Shown one piece after another: positions 19,795 through 27,910 of a DNA stretch of 64,000 nt. Source of the DNA: Thermoanaerobaculia bacterium (lineage in GTDB: Bacteria > Acidobacteriota > Thermoanaerobaculia > Multivoradales > Multivoraceae). A program made the position numbers and the translations under genes. The first letter of the stretch is position 1. The number at the start of each line of letters is the position of its first letter. Location of the stretch: assembly GCA_963666565.1 (NCBI GenBank), contig OY762911.1:1760001-1824000 (forward strand). The letters run 5' to 3'. The notes beneath the pieces were generated by a model that was not told the DNA's origin, did not search any database, and saw only the letters and a list, made by a program, of their open reading frames with translations.

Positions 19795-21672
19795 ATGTCT
19801 CATTGCCGTTGGCTCGCTGAAAACGCCGCCGTCCGCACTTCGGCGCGGTCGGCCTTCGTCCTGTTCCTCCTCGCTGGCCTGATCCTGGCCGGTCCGGCCG
19901 CCGCCCAGCTCTGCGAAGGCGCGACGTCGATCACCCGCCTCGGCGGCGCCAACCGCTTCTCGTCGCCGGTGGAGGACCGGGAGTCCCTGCAGGCGCTCTT
20001 CGCGGACCAGCGTGAGGACATCCTGGCGCTGCTGGGCGAAGCTGGCTTCTCCGGCGATCCGGACGACCTCTTCGCCGCCGTCGCCGGCTGGCAGGGAGTC
20101 GCGTCGACCGCCTTCGAGCCCGGGCAGCGGATTCCGTGGATGTTCTTCCGCGAGGGCGGCGATCCCACGGTGGGCACGAACATGTGCTGGGCGGGCGACG
20201 AGGCCTTCGAGGCCTGGGAGGTCCGCTTCGAGTCGAACGGGCGCTGGTTCTCGATGATCGTTCCCGAGTCGTGCGGCAACCTGGCGCTGCTGGCGGAGCA
20301 GTCGATGCCGAAGGTGACGCTCGATCTCGACATCGGTGGCCTCTCCTGCACGGACAGGACGTTCGGCTTCCAGAGTTCATGCAGCGACGGCGCCGCCTCG
20401 GTGACGGTCGCCATGCCGGACGGCAGCACGCGCGCCGCGGAGATCGGGAGCGCGTCCTTCCCGTTCACCGCCGAGGGCGACTACACGGTCACCGCCGCGT
20501 GCAGCGCGACGTCGGCGCGCGGCGACTCGCTGGAGGACTCGGCGAGCCGGACGATCGCGGTCGGCTGCCCGAGCTGCAGCGCAAGCGTCTCGCCCGCCGA
20601 GGTCGACCTGGGCGAGTCGTCCACGTTGACGGTCGTGCCGAACGCCGGCCACGGCGCGGAGGTGTCGCGGGTCCTGCTCGACGGGCGGCCGCTCGCGTCT
20701 CCGTACACACGGGAGATGACCCACGACGGGGCGGACGCCTTCACCCACACCGTGACCGTCGAGACGAACACGGGCCAGAGCGCCCAGTGTTCGGCCGGCA
20801 TGAAGGTCGCGCCGACGGTGACGCTGTCGATCGAGCCGGACCGGGTGCTGACCGGGCAGACGGCGGTCGTCACCGTGGCGCCGGAGAACGGCGACGGAGC
20901 GCCGGTGACGGTCGCGCTGGACGGCCAGCCGCTGGCCGAGCCCTACGAGCGCGAGGTCGCTCACGCGGCGGACGGCGAGTTCACCCACACCGCGACGGTG
21001 GAGAACGCCGGCGGCCGCAACGAGGCTTCGGCGACGATGAAGGTCGACCGGCGCTGGACCCTGTTGCCGACGCTCAGCGCGCTGAGCGGAGACGACGTGC
21101 ATATCTCGGTGCTCGGCCCGGACACGAGGGACCGGCTCAAGGCCTGCGTGGACGGCGTCGGCGTCGGGCTCGCCGCCGAGTACCGCCTGAGCTACCCCGT
21201 GGGGTTCATGTTCGGCGCGAACACGATCAACTGCGAGGTCGACTGGTGGCTGCACCCGGGCGGCCGGACCGGCTACGACAGCGCCGACGTGGAGATGAAG
21301 AAGTTCTTCCTCGGGCTGAACGTGCACCTGACGCGGCCCGGCAGCCGGGTGGACTGGTGGATCGGACCGCTCGTCGCCCAGCTCGACTACAGCGCTCCTT
21401 CCCTCGTGCCTGAGGGAATGGACGGCGCGTCGGTCGACGCCGTCTACCGGCCCGAGTGGTCCGGCGAGACAGTTCTCGGCGCGAACATGGGCATCAAGAT
21501 TCCGTTCAGGACGGACTGTCCGGTCGGCCTGTACTTCGGCGCCTTCTGGTTCGACTCGTCGATGAAGGCGAAGAGCACGGAGATCCGCGGAGAGGACGGG
21601 GCGATGGCGCCCGCCTTCGAGCTGCGCAAGACGCCGGTCTACGTGAACGCAGGAATCTCGATCGAGTTCTGA
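19795..21672 (+). CDS. Outer-membrane protein: N-terminal unknown domain + Ig/PKD-like repeats + small C-terminal beta-barrel
   Basis: Signal peptide ending PAAAQ; two ~78-aa internal repeats; amphipathic strands ending in ISIEF (terminal Phe). Confidence 0.65.
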   Translation: MSHCRWLAENAAVRTSARSAFVLFLLAGLILAGPAAAQLCEGATSITRLGGANRFSSPVEDRESLQALFADQREDILALLGEAGFSGDPDDLFAAVAGWQGVASTAFEPGQRIPWMFFREGGDPTVGTNMCWAGDEAFEAWEVRFESNGRWFSMIVPESCGNLALLAEQSMPKVTLDLDIGGLSCTDRTFGFQSSCSDGAASVTVAMPDGSTRAAEIGSASFPFTAEGDYTVTAACSATSARGDSLEDSASRTIAVGCPSCSASVSPAEVDLGESSTLTVVPNAGHGAEVSRVLLDGRPLASPYTREMTHDGADAFTHTVTVETNTGQSAQCSAGMKVAPTVTLSIEPDRVLTGQTAVVTVAPENGDGAPVTVALDGQPLAEPYEREVAHAADGEFTHTATVENAGGRNEASATMKVDRRWTLLPTLSALSGDDVHISVLGPDTRDRLKACVDGVGVGLAAEYRLSYPVGFMFGANTINCEVDWWLHPGGRTGYDSADVEMKKFFLGLNVHLTRPGSRVDWWIGPLVAQLDYSAPSLVPEGMDGASVDAVYRPEWSGETVLGANMGIKIPFRTDCPVGLYFGAFWFDSSMKAKSTEIRGEDGAMAPAFELRKTPVYVNAGISIEF

Positions 21673-21686
21673 TCGTCTCGGGCATG

Positions 21687-21716
21687 GAGGCCGGGGCGCT
21701 TGGCGCGCCCCGCCTC
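21687..21716 (+). terminator. GC hairpin after the outer-membrane protein gene
   Basis: GAGGC-C-GGGGCGC...GCGCCCC-GCCTC. Confidence 0.4.
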
Positions 21717-21792
21717 GTCGTGCCGCGGGAGTCGGACTACGGGGGATAGGCTCCGTGGTCGAGAGACGAAAGAACCGACCGGGGAACCCGCC

Positions 21793-22983
21793 GTGAACCC
21801 GACGGAACTCGAAGAACGCTACGGCGCGCGGAACTACGCGCCGCTCGACATCGTGATCGACCGCGCCGAAGGCGTGTGGGTCTGGGACATCGAGGACCGC
21901 CGCTACCTCGACTGCCTGGCGGCGTACTCCGCGGTCAATCAGGGGCACTGCCATCCGCGGATCGTGGAGGCCCTGGTCCGGCAGAGCCGGAAGGTGGCGG
22001 TCACCTCGCGGGCCTTCCGCAACGCCGAACTCGGGGCCTTCTTCCGCGACGTCTGCGAACTGACCGGCTTCGAGCGGGCGCTGCCGATGAACACCGGCGC
22101 CGAGGCGGTCGAGACGGCGATCAAGCTGGCCCGCAAGTGGGCCTACACGCGCAAGGGAGTGGCGCCTGGAAGGGCGGAGATTCTCGCCTTCGCCAACAAC
22201 TTCCACGGCCGCACGACGACGATCGTCGGTTTCTCCAGCGAGCCGCAATACCGCGAGGGCTTCGGCCCCTTCGCGCCCGGCTTCGAGCTGCTGCCGTTCG
22301 GCGACGCCTCGGCTGCTCGGGCCGCGGTGGGCCCGGATACCGCCGCGGTCCTGGTCGAGCCGATCCAGGGCGAGGGCGGGATCGTCGTGCCGCCGGACGG
22401 CTTCCTCGCCGAACTGCGCGAGGTCTGCAGCGAGCGGAACGCGCTGCTGATCGTCGACGAGATCCAGTCCGGCCTGGGGCGGACGGGGCGGATGTTCGCG
22501 CACGAGCACGACGGCGTCCGGCCGGACGTCATGCTGCTCGGCAAGGCGCTCTCCGGCGGTCTGTATCCTGTGTCGGTGGTGGTGGCGGACGCGGAGATCA
22601 TGGACGTGTTCCAGCCTGGCGATCACGGTTCCACCTACGGCGGCAACCCCGTCGGCGCCGCGGTGGCGAGGGCGGCGCTCGAGGTGCTGCGGGAGGAAGG
22701 GCTGGTGGAGAACTCGGCCCGCCTCGGCGAGTACGCCCTGCGCCGCTTGCAGAGCGTCCGCTCGCCGCTGGTGCGGGAGGTCCGCGGCCGCGGGCTGTGG
22801 ATCGGGATCGAGCTTCTTGAATCCGCCGGCGGCGCCCGTCCGTATTGCGAGAGGCTCGCCGAGCGAGGGTTGCTTTGCAAGGAGACGCACGACCACGTGA
22901 TCCGCTTCGCTCCGCCGCTCACGATCGGACGCGACGAACTCGACTGGGCGCTGGACCGGATCGAGGAGGTTCTGACGGCGTGA
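21793..22983 (+). CDS. rocD: Ornithine--oxo-acid aminotransferase
   Basis: NYAPL, YSAVNQGHCHP, PMNTGAEAVETA, NFHGRT, EPIQGEGG, DEIQSGLGRTG, LGKALSGG, HGSTYGGNP. Confidence 0.95.
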   Translation: MNPTELEERYGARNYAPLDIVIDRAEGVWVWDIEDRRYLDCLAAYSAVNQGHCHPRIVEALVRQSRKVAVTSRAFRNAELGAFFRDVCELTGFERALPMNTGAEAVETAIKLARKWAYTRKGVAPGRAEILAFANNFHGRTTTIVGFSSEPQYREGFGPFAPGFELLPFGDASAARAAVGPDTAAVLVEPIQGEGGIVVPPDGFLAELREVCSERNALLIVDEIQSGLGRTGRMFAHEHDGVRPDVMLLGKALSGGLYPVSVVVADAEIMDVFQPGDHGSTYGGNPVGAAVARAALEVLREEGLVENSARLGEYALRRLQSVRSPLVREVRGRGLWIGIELLESAGGARPYCERLAERGLLCKETHDHVIRFAPPLTIGRDELDWALDRIEEVLTA

Positions 22984-23621
22984 CGGACGAGGCCCCCGGC
23001 CGCTCAACTGGAGCGCTTCGCCGGTCATCTCGGCCGCCGAGCGAAGCCGCCGGTGATCCGGCTGGGACCGCGACGCCAAGAGCGGTTGGCGCGGAAGACA
23101 GGGTGCGGGCGATGCGGCGTCCCGATCCCAGACTGCTTCGCTACTACGTTCTCTTCTCGCTGATCACCGGACCCGCGTTCCCCGTCGTCTTCACCGTCCT
23201 GTTCCTGCGCTACCGCACCCTGCGCTACCGCTTCGACGACGAAGGGGTGACGATGAGCTGGGGCGCCCTGTTCAAGCGCGAGATCAGCCTGACCTACAGC
23301 CGCATCCAGGACATCCACCTGCGGAGCAACGCGGTCGAGCGCTGGCTGGGCCTGTCGCGCCTGCTGGTACAGACGGCGAGCGGTTCGGCGAAGGCCGAGA
23401 TGAAGATCGAGGGCCTGCTGGAACTGTCCGCCGTGCGCAACTTCATGTACAGCCGGATGCGCGGCGCGGGGACCGGCGGGCCGGCGCCCGGCCGGGCGGT
23501 CGAGCGGGCAGCCGTGCCGGCGCCGGGCGGTGGCTCGGCCGCTTTGGCCTCCGTCCTGCGCGAGATCGCGGGCGAGGTCGCGGCGATTCGCGCAGCCGTC
23601 GAACGGCGGGACGAGGCATGA
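22980..23621 (+). CDS. Bacterial PH-domain (bPH_2/YdbS-like) membrane protein
   Basis: TM segment, then YRFDDEGV...LFKREISLTYSRIQDI...VERWLGL..VQTASG; start could instead be 23112. Confidence 0.82.
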   Translation: MTDEAPGRSTGALRRSSRPPSEAAGDPAGTATPRAVGAEDRVRAMRRPDPRLLRYYVLFSLITGPAFPVVFTVLFLRYRTLRYRFDDEGVTMSWGALFKREISLTYSRIQDIHLRSNAVERWLGLSRLLVQTASGSAKAEMKIEGLLELSAVRNFMYSRMRGAGTGGPAPGRAVERAAVPAPGGGSAALASVLREIAGEVAAIRAAVERRDEA

Positions 23622-23757
23622 CGGACAAACAGCGCGGCGGGCAGGACAAGCCATGACGGGCGTGCGGCGCGGCGGGCGGGACAAGCCATGACGGGCGCGC
23701 GGCACGGCGGGCGGGACGAGCCATGACGGACGCGCGGCACGGCGGGCGGCACGAAGG
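23618..23757 (+). repeat. 35-bp tandem repeat (~4 copies), each carrying an ATGA start/stop overlap
   Basis: ATGACGG at 23618, 23653, 23688 and 23723; consensus about ATGACGGRCGYGCGGCRCGGCGGGCGGGACRAGCC. Confidence 0.9.
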
Positions 23758-24625
23758 CGAGGGATCGGCGCCGTCCGGTCTGAAGCGGCTGCTGCTGCAC
23801 CTCTTCCAGGTCGACGAGCGGCCCGAGCCGCCGCCCGGGTCGCCGGAGTCGCTTCGGGTGTTCCGGGCGTCTCCCAGGTACCTCCGGTACAAGCTCCTCG
23901 GATGGGGGTTGGGCCAGGCGGGCGCGCTGTTCGGCCTGGTCGTGTCGACGCTCGGCTTCCTGCCGATCGCGTTCTGGGCGCCGCGCGAGGGCTTCGAGTT
24001 CCTGGAGTTCGGGCCGTGGACCGACTTCACGAGGGCGTTGGGGCCGCTCCTGTTCGTCCTGTTCTTCGTCCAGTTGGTGGCGTCTCTCGCCGTGCTGCGC
24101 CTGGGCTACGAGATGCGCTGGTACCTGGTGAGCGACCGGGCGCTGCGCATCCGCCACGGCATCTTCAGCCTTCGCGAGCAGACGGTGACCGTCGTGAACA
24201 TCCAGAACATGGCGGTGAAGCGGGGTCCGCTGCAGCGCCTCTTCGGCATCGCGGACCTGGAGATCCGGACCGCCAGCGGCGGCGGTTCGGACGACGACGA
24301 GGACAGCCTCAGCCGCGGCCTGCTGGAAGGGCTCGACAACGCGGAAGAGGTGCGCGACCTGCTGCTGGCGTCGCTGCGCCGGAGCCGGGACGCGGGTCTC
24401 GGCGATCCGGACGACGCCGCGGCGGCGCCGGAACCCGGGCATCCGCCGGCCGAGGACGCAGCGCCTTCCGCCGACGGCCCCGCGCCTGCCGGCGATGGCG
24501 CGCCGCCAGCCGGTGAGGACGGGCCGCCAGCCGGGACGGTGGACGACCCGGCACTCGCCGCGGCCCGCGACCTGCTCGCCGAGTGCCGGGCTCTGCGGCG
24601 AACGGTGGCCGCGCCCGGTGCCTAG
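23723..24625 (+). CDS. Bacterial PH-domain (bPH_2) membrane protein
   Basis: Two TM segments; WYLVSDRALRIRHGIFSLREQT..NIQN..RGPLQRLFGIADLEIRTASGG. Confidence 0.85.
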   Translation: MTDARHGGRHEGEGSAPSGLKRLLLHLFQVDERPEPPPGSPESLRVFRASPRYLRYKLLGWGLGQAGALFGLVVSTLGFLPIAFWAPREGFEFLEFGPWTDFTRALGPLLFVLFFVQLVASLAVLRLGYEMRWYLVSDRALRIRHGIFSLREQTVTVVNIQNMAVKRGPLQRLFGIADLEIRTASGGGSDDDEDSLSRGLLEGLDNAEEVRDLLLASLRRSRDAGLGDPDDAAAAPEPGHPPAEDAAPSADGPAPAGDGAPPAGEDGPPAGTVDDPALAAARDLLAECRALRRTVAAPGA

Positions 24626-24631
24626 CCTCGC

Positions 24632-25552
24632 ATGCCGGAACTCCCCGACGTCGAGGTCTACCGCGAAGCGATCGAGCAACGGGTCGCCGGCCGGGAACTC
24701 GTTCGCGTCCGCCTGCGGAGCCCCTTCCTGCTGCGCTCCGTGCAGCCGCGGCTGTCCGAGGCGGAGGGGCGGACGGTGACCGGTGTGCGCCGGCTCGGCA
24801 AGCGGGTCGTCCTGGCCCTGGAGGGGGAGCTGTTCCTCGCCGTCCACCTGATGATCGCGGGCCGGTTCCGCTGGGGCGGGCCGTCGGCGAAGGTGCCGGG
24901 CCGCGTGGGGCTGGCCGCCTTCGACTTCGGCCACGGCGCCCTGCTGCTGACGGAAGCCGGGAGCAAGCGGCGGGCGGCGATGCACCTGGTCGCCGGCGAA
25001 GGCGGTCTGGCGGCGTTGGACCGGGGCGGGCTCGAGGTACTCGAATGCGGCCCGGAGGCGTTCGCGGCGCGGCTTCGAGCGGAGAACCACACGCTGAAGC
25101 GGGCGCTCATCGATCCCCGGCTGTTCAGCGGCATCGGCAACGCCTACTCGGACGAGATCCTGCACCGGGCGCGGCTGTCGCCGATGCGCTGGACCAGCCG
25201 GCTCGCCGACGAGCAGGTCGATGGCCTGTACGAGGCGTCGGTTGCCGTCCTGACGGAGTGGACGGACCGTCTCCGGGCGCAGGCCGGCGGCCGGTTCCCC
25301 GCGAAGGTCACCGCCTTTCACAACGAGATGGCGGTCCATGGCCGCTACCGGAAGCCGTGCCCGCGTTGCGACGCGCCGGTCCAGCGAATCGTCTACGCCG
25401 AGAACGAGTGCAACTACTGCGCCCGCTGCCAGACCGGCGGCCGCCTGCTCGCCGACCGCGCACTCTCGCGCCTGCTGAAGAAGGACTGGCCGCGGACCGT
25501 CGAAGAACTGGAGGAGCGTCTCGGCGCGGGCGCCGCGGCGGCTACCGGCTGA
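24632..25552 (+). CDS. mutM: Fpg/Nei-family DNA glycosylase/AP lyase
   Basis: MPELPDV N-terminus, HLMIAG, GIGNAYSDEIL (H2TH), CPRC...CARCQ zinc finger. Confidence 0.9.
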   Translation: MPELPDVEVYREAIEQRVAGRELVRVRLRSPFLLRSVQPRLSEAEGRTVTGVRRLGKRVVLALEGELFLAVHLMIAGRFRWGGPSAKVPGRVGLAAFDFGHGALLLTEAGSKRRAAMHLVAGEGGLAALDRGGLEVLECGPEAFAARLRAENHTLKRALIDPRLFSGIGNAYSDEILHRARLSPMRWTSRLADEQVDGLYEASVAVLTEWTDRLRAQAGGRFPAKVTAFHNEMAVHGRYRKPCPRCDAPVQRIVYAENECNYCARCQTGGRLLADRALSRLLKKDWPRTVEELEERLGAGAAAATG

Positions 25553-25626
25553 TGGGCGCGTCCGCTGAGCAGTTGGATCACCCCGGCGCGACGTCGCGGC
25601 CGCAGCGTGGCGCCCGCCGGCGGACG

Positions 25627-26400
25627 ATGGGCGCGCGCCCGGACCTGTCGGGCCTGACCGACTGCCACGCCCACCTGTGCGACGGCTCGTTCGCGGGCGA
25701 CCTGGGCGAGGTGCTCGCGCGGGCCGGCGATGCCGGCGTCGAGACGGTGGTCGCCGTCGGCGAGACGCGGGAGGACGCGGAGCGGAACCTGGAGCTCGCG
25801 GAGGCATTCCCGGGCGTCGTGCGGCCAGCCGCCGGCCTCTACCCGACCCATCTCGATCCCGTGGAAGCGGAGCGGGTCGCCGACCTGATCCGCCGCGAGC
25901 GCCCTCGCTTGGCCGCCATCGGGGAGGTCGGCCTCGACCGCTGGAAGGTGCGCGAGGAGCGCGACCTCGCGGTCCAGCGGGAGATCTTCGCGCTGTTCAT
26001 CGACCTCTCCGTCGAACTCGACCTGCCGCTCAACGTCCACTCCCGCTCCGCCGGCCACTACGCGATCGACCTCCTGCGGGAGCGGGGAGCGAAGCGGGTG
26101 CAGCTTCACGCCTTCGACGGCCGCGCGGCCCGGGCCGAACCGGCGGTCGAGGCGGGCTACTTCTTCTCCGTGCCGCCGTCCATCGTCCGCTCGCCGCAGA
26201 AGCGAAAGCTCGTTCGCCGCCTGCCGCTGTCCTGCCTGCTGCTGGAGACGGACAGCCCCGTGCTGGGGCCGGAGAGGGACGTGCGCAACGAACCGGCGAC
26301 CGCCATCGTCTCGCTCGGCGCCATCGCCGAGCTCAAGGGTTTGCCGGCGGCGGAAGTGGCCGCCGCGGTGAGCGAGAACACCGCCCGGCTCTACGGGTGA
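25627..26400 (+). CDS. tatD: TatD-family hydrolase/DNase
   Basis: DCHAHL, IGEVGLD, NVHSR, LHAF, LLETDSP, NEP. Confidence 0.9.
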   Translation: MGARPDLSGLTDCHAHLCDGSFAGDLGEVLARAGDAGVETVVAVGETREDAERNLELAEAFPGVVRPAAGLYPTHLDPVEAERVADLIRRERPRLAAIGEVGLDRWKVREERDLAVQREIFALFIDLSVELDLPLNVHSRSAGHYAIDLLRERGAKRVQLHAFDGRAARAEPAVEAGYFFSVPPSIVRSPQKRKLVRRLPLSCLLLETDSPVLGPERDVRNEPATAIVSLGAIAELKGLPAAEVAAAVSENTARLYG

Positions 26401-26405
26401 GCGGC

Positions 26406-26591
26406 GCCGGCCTGACGGCCGGCACGTCTCCTCCGCCGCCTTCGGCGGCAGCGGGTCGGAAGACCCGCGCACCCAGCCTGCGACGGGGTTGCGCACCGGG
26501 CCCGACGACGGAGTTGCACACTGGGTGCGCCGGTGCCCTCGCCGGCTGCCGCCGAAGGCGGCCTGAAAGTCGCGCCGGCCGTCAGGCCGGC
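26406..26591. repeat. 186-bp composite palindromic element (REPIN/BIME/MITE-like) between convergent genes
   Basis: 21-bp terminal inverted repeats (26406-26426 and 26571-26591, one mismatch) enclosing two inverted REP-like units, GCCGCCTTCGGCGGCAGC...GCACCCAG. Confidence 0.85.
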
Positions 26592-26595
26592 TCCT

Positions 26596-27426
26596 CTAGC
26601 GAACGGTCGCGATCGAGCCCGGCTCGCCTAGCAGCAGCGCCGGGTCGACCCGTTCGCCCTGCCAGCGGACGCCGAAGTGCAGGTGCGGCCCGGTGGATCG
26701 ACCCGTCGAGCCCACCGTGCCGATCAGGCGGCCGCGCGAGACGTCGTCGCCCTGCTCGACGAACACCTCGTGCAGGTGGAAGTACATGCTGATCAGGCCG
26801 TTGCCGTGGTCGAGGAAGACCGCGTTGCCGGAGAAGAAGAACTCGCCGGCCAGGGCGACGACCGCGTCGTCGACGGCCAGGACGGGCGTGCCTTGGGGGA
26901 CCGCGTAGTCGGCGCCGGTGTGCGGCGAGCGCGGCTCGCCGTTGATGATCCGCTTGGCGCCGAAACGGCCGCCGGCCTGCATCTTCTCGAGCGGCGCGCC
27001 CAGCGGCAACGAGAACCGCGGCTTGCCCTGCCGCCCCCACAGCTTGCCGATCAGGGCGTTCTCGCGCTGCACGCGGGCCAGGTTCTCGGGCGAGAGGTCC
27101 ACCCGGCTCCGGTCCTTGATCTCGAGTCGCTGCACCGAGTAGGGATACTCGCCGAGACCGATGCTCAGCTTCTCCCGCCGGCCCTCGCGGTCGCGCTCGG
27201 CGACGAAGTCGGCCGTCCTCGTCAGGCCGACCGGCACCAGGCAGCCGGACTCGCCGCCAAGCACGCTCGGCGCGAAGGAGCGATCGCCGACGAGGCAGCG
27301 CTCGATGCCCTCGCCCTGCCAGTGGACGAGGCTGCCCGGCGCCGCGGTCTGGGCGGGCAGCGGGGCGGCGCCAGCGGCGAGAACGGCGGCGGCGCCGAAT
27401 GCGGCGGCGAAGCGGGACAGGTTCAT
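26596..27426 (-). CDS. M23-family metallopeptidase, secreted
   Basis: HTGADY, DHGNGLISMYFHL, GSTGRSTGPHLHF; signal peptide. Confidence 0.92.
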   Translation of the reverse strand: MNLSRFAAAFGAAAVLAAGAAPLPAQTAAPGSLVHWQGEGIERCLVGDRSFAPSVLGGESGCLVPVGLTRTADFVAERDREGRREKLSIGLGEYPYSVQRLEIKDRSRVDLSPENLARVQRENALIGKLWGRQGKPRFSLPLGAPLEKMQAGGRFGAKRIINGEPRSPHTGADYAVPQGTPVLAVDDAVVALAGEFFFSGNAVFLDHGNGLISMYFHLHEVFVEQGDDVSRGRLIGTVGSTGRSTGPHLHFGVRWQGERVDPALLLGEPGSIATVR

Positions 27427-27508
27427 GGCCCGATCATAGTCAACCATGCATCTATCGCCCGGGTTCCCCCGCCCACGACTTCCCGCGTCGGCCCGCGGAC
27501 CGCCGTCG

Positions 27509-27534
27509 CGGCCGCCGGAGGGCGCCGGCGGCCG
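27509..27534 (-). terminator. Hairpin closing the RM operon
   Basis: CGGCCGCCGG-AGGGCG-CCGGCGGCCG, 10-bp stem 14 nt after the stop at 27548. Confidence 0.45.
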
Positions 27535-27547
27535 GATCCCGGCTCGG

Positions 27548-27910
27548 CTACTCGCTGCTCCGTCCGGTTCTCTGGCGATAGCGCCTGACGAGCGCCAGGC
27601 GCCAGTCTTCTTCCTCGTCCTCGTCGCGGGCTTCGTCACCCCACCGGTCGATTTCGCGCCGGAAGTTCTCCTTCAACTCGCTGGCTTCGTCATCGGGAAG
27701 CCAGTTGGTCATCTGAGGGAACACGAAGCGCCAACTGCGGAACTCGGCCGGAGTCCACGGGAACTCGTCGGATTCCCGAAGCAACCGGAGGATGTCGAGG
27801 AGCTCGCGGCGGACGCCCTCGGGGTCGGGCCTGGGGATCTTCATCCCGTCGCCGGAGTCGTCGGTGAAGAGAGAGCGTTGAAGGGAGTTGTACGGTCCCA
27901 AGGTCCTCAT
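27548..27910 (-). CDS. Small hypothetical protein (120 aa) coupled to the RM gene
   Basis: ATG overlaps the RM stop (ATGA) with a GGAGG RBS; helical, Trp-rich core FPW...VFPQMTNWLPDDEA. Confidence 0.7.
   Translation of the reverse strand: MRTLGPYNSLQRSLFTDDSGDGMKIPRPDPEGVRRELLDILRLLRESDEFPWTPAEFRSWRFVFPQMTNWLPDDEASELKENFRREIDRWGDEARDEDEEEDWRLALVRRYRQRTGRSSE

Noticed and set aside
23618-23757. 35-bp repeats as a possible CRISPR array
   Set aside because: Units are head-to-tail with no spacers, and there are no cas genes
24583-26400. Apparent large fusions in the ORF track (605-aa TatD, 1031-aa amidase, 1092-aa MenD, 1055-aa ATP-grasp)
   Set aside because: The N-terminal extensions are shadow frames of neighbouring genes; true starts are internal, at RBS or overlap positions
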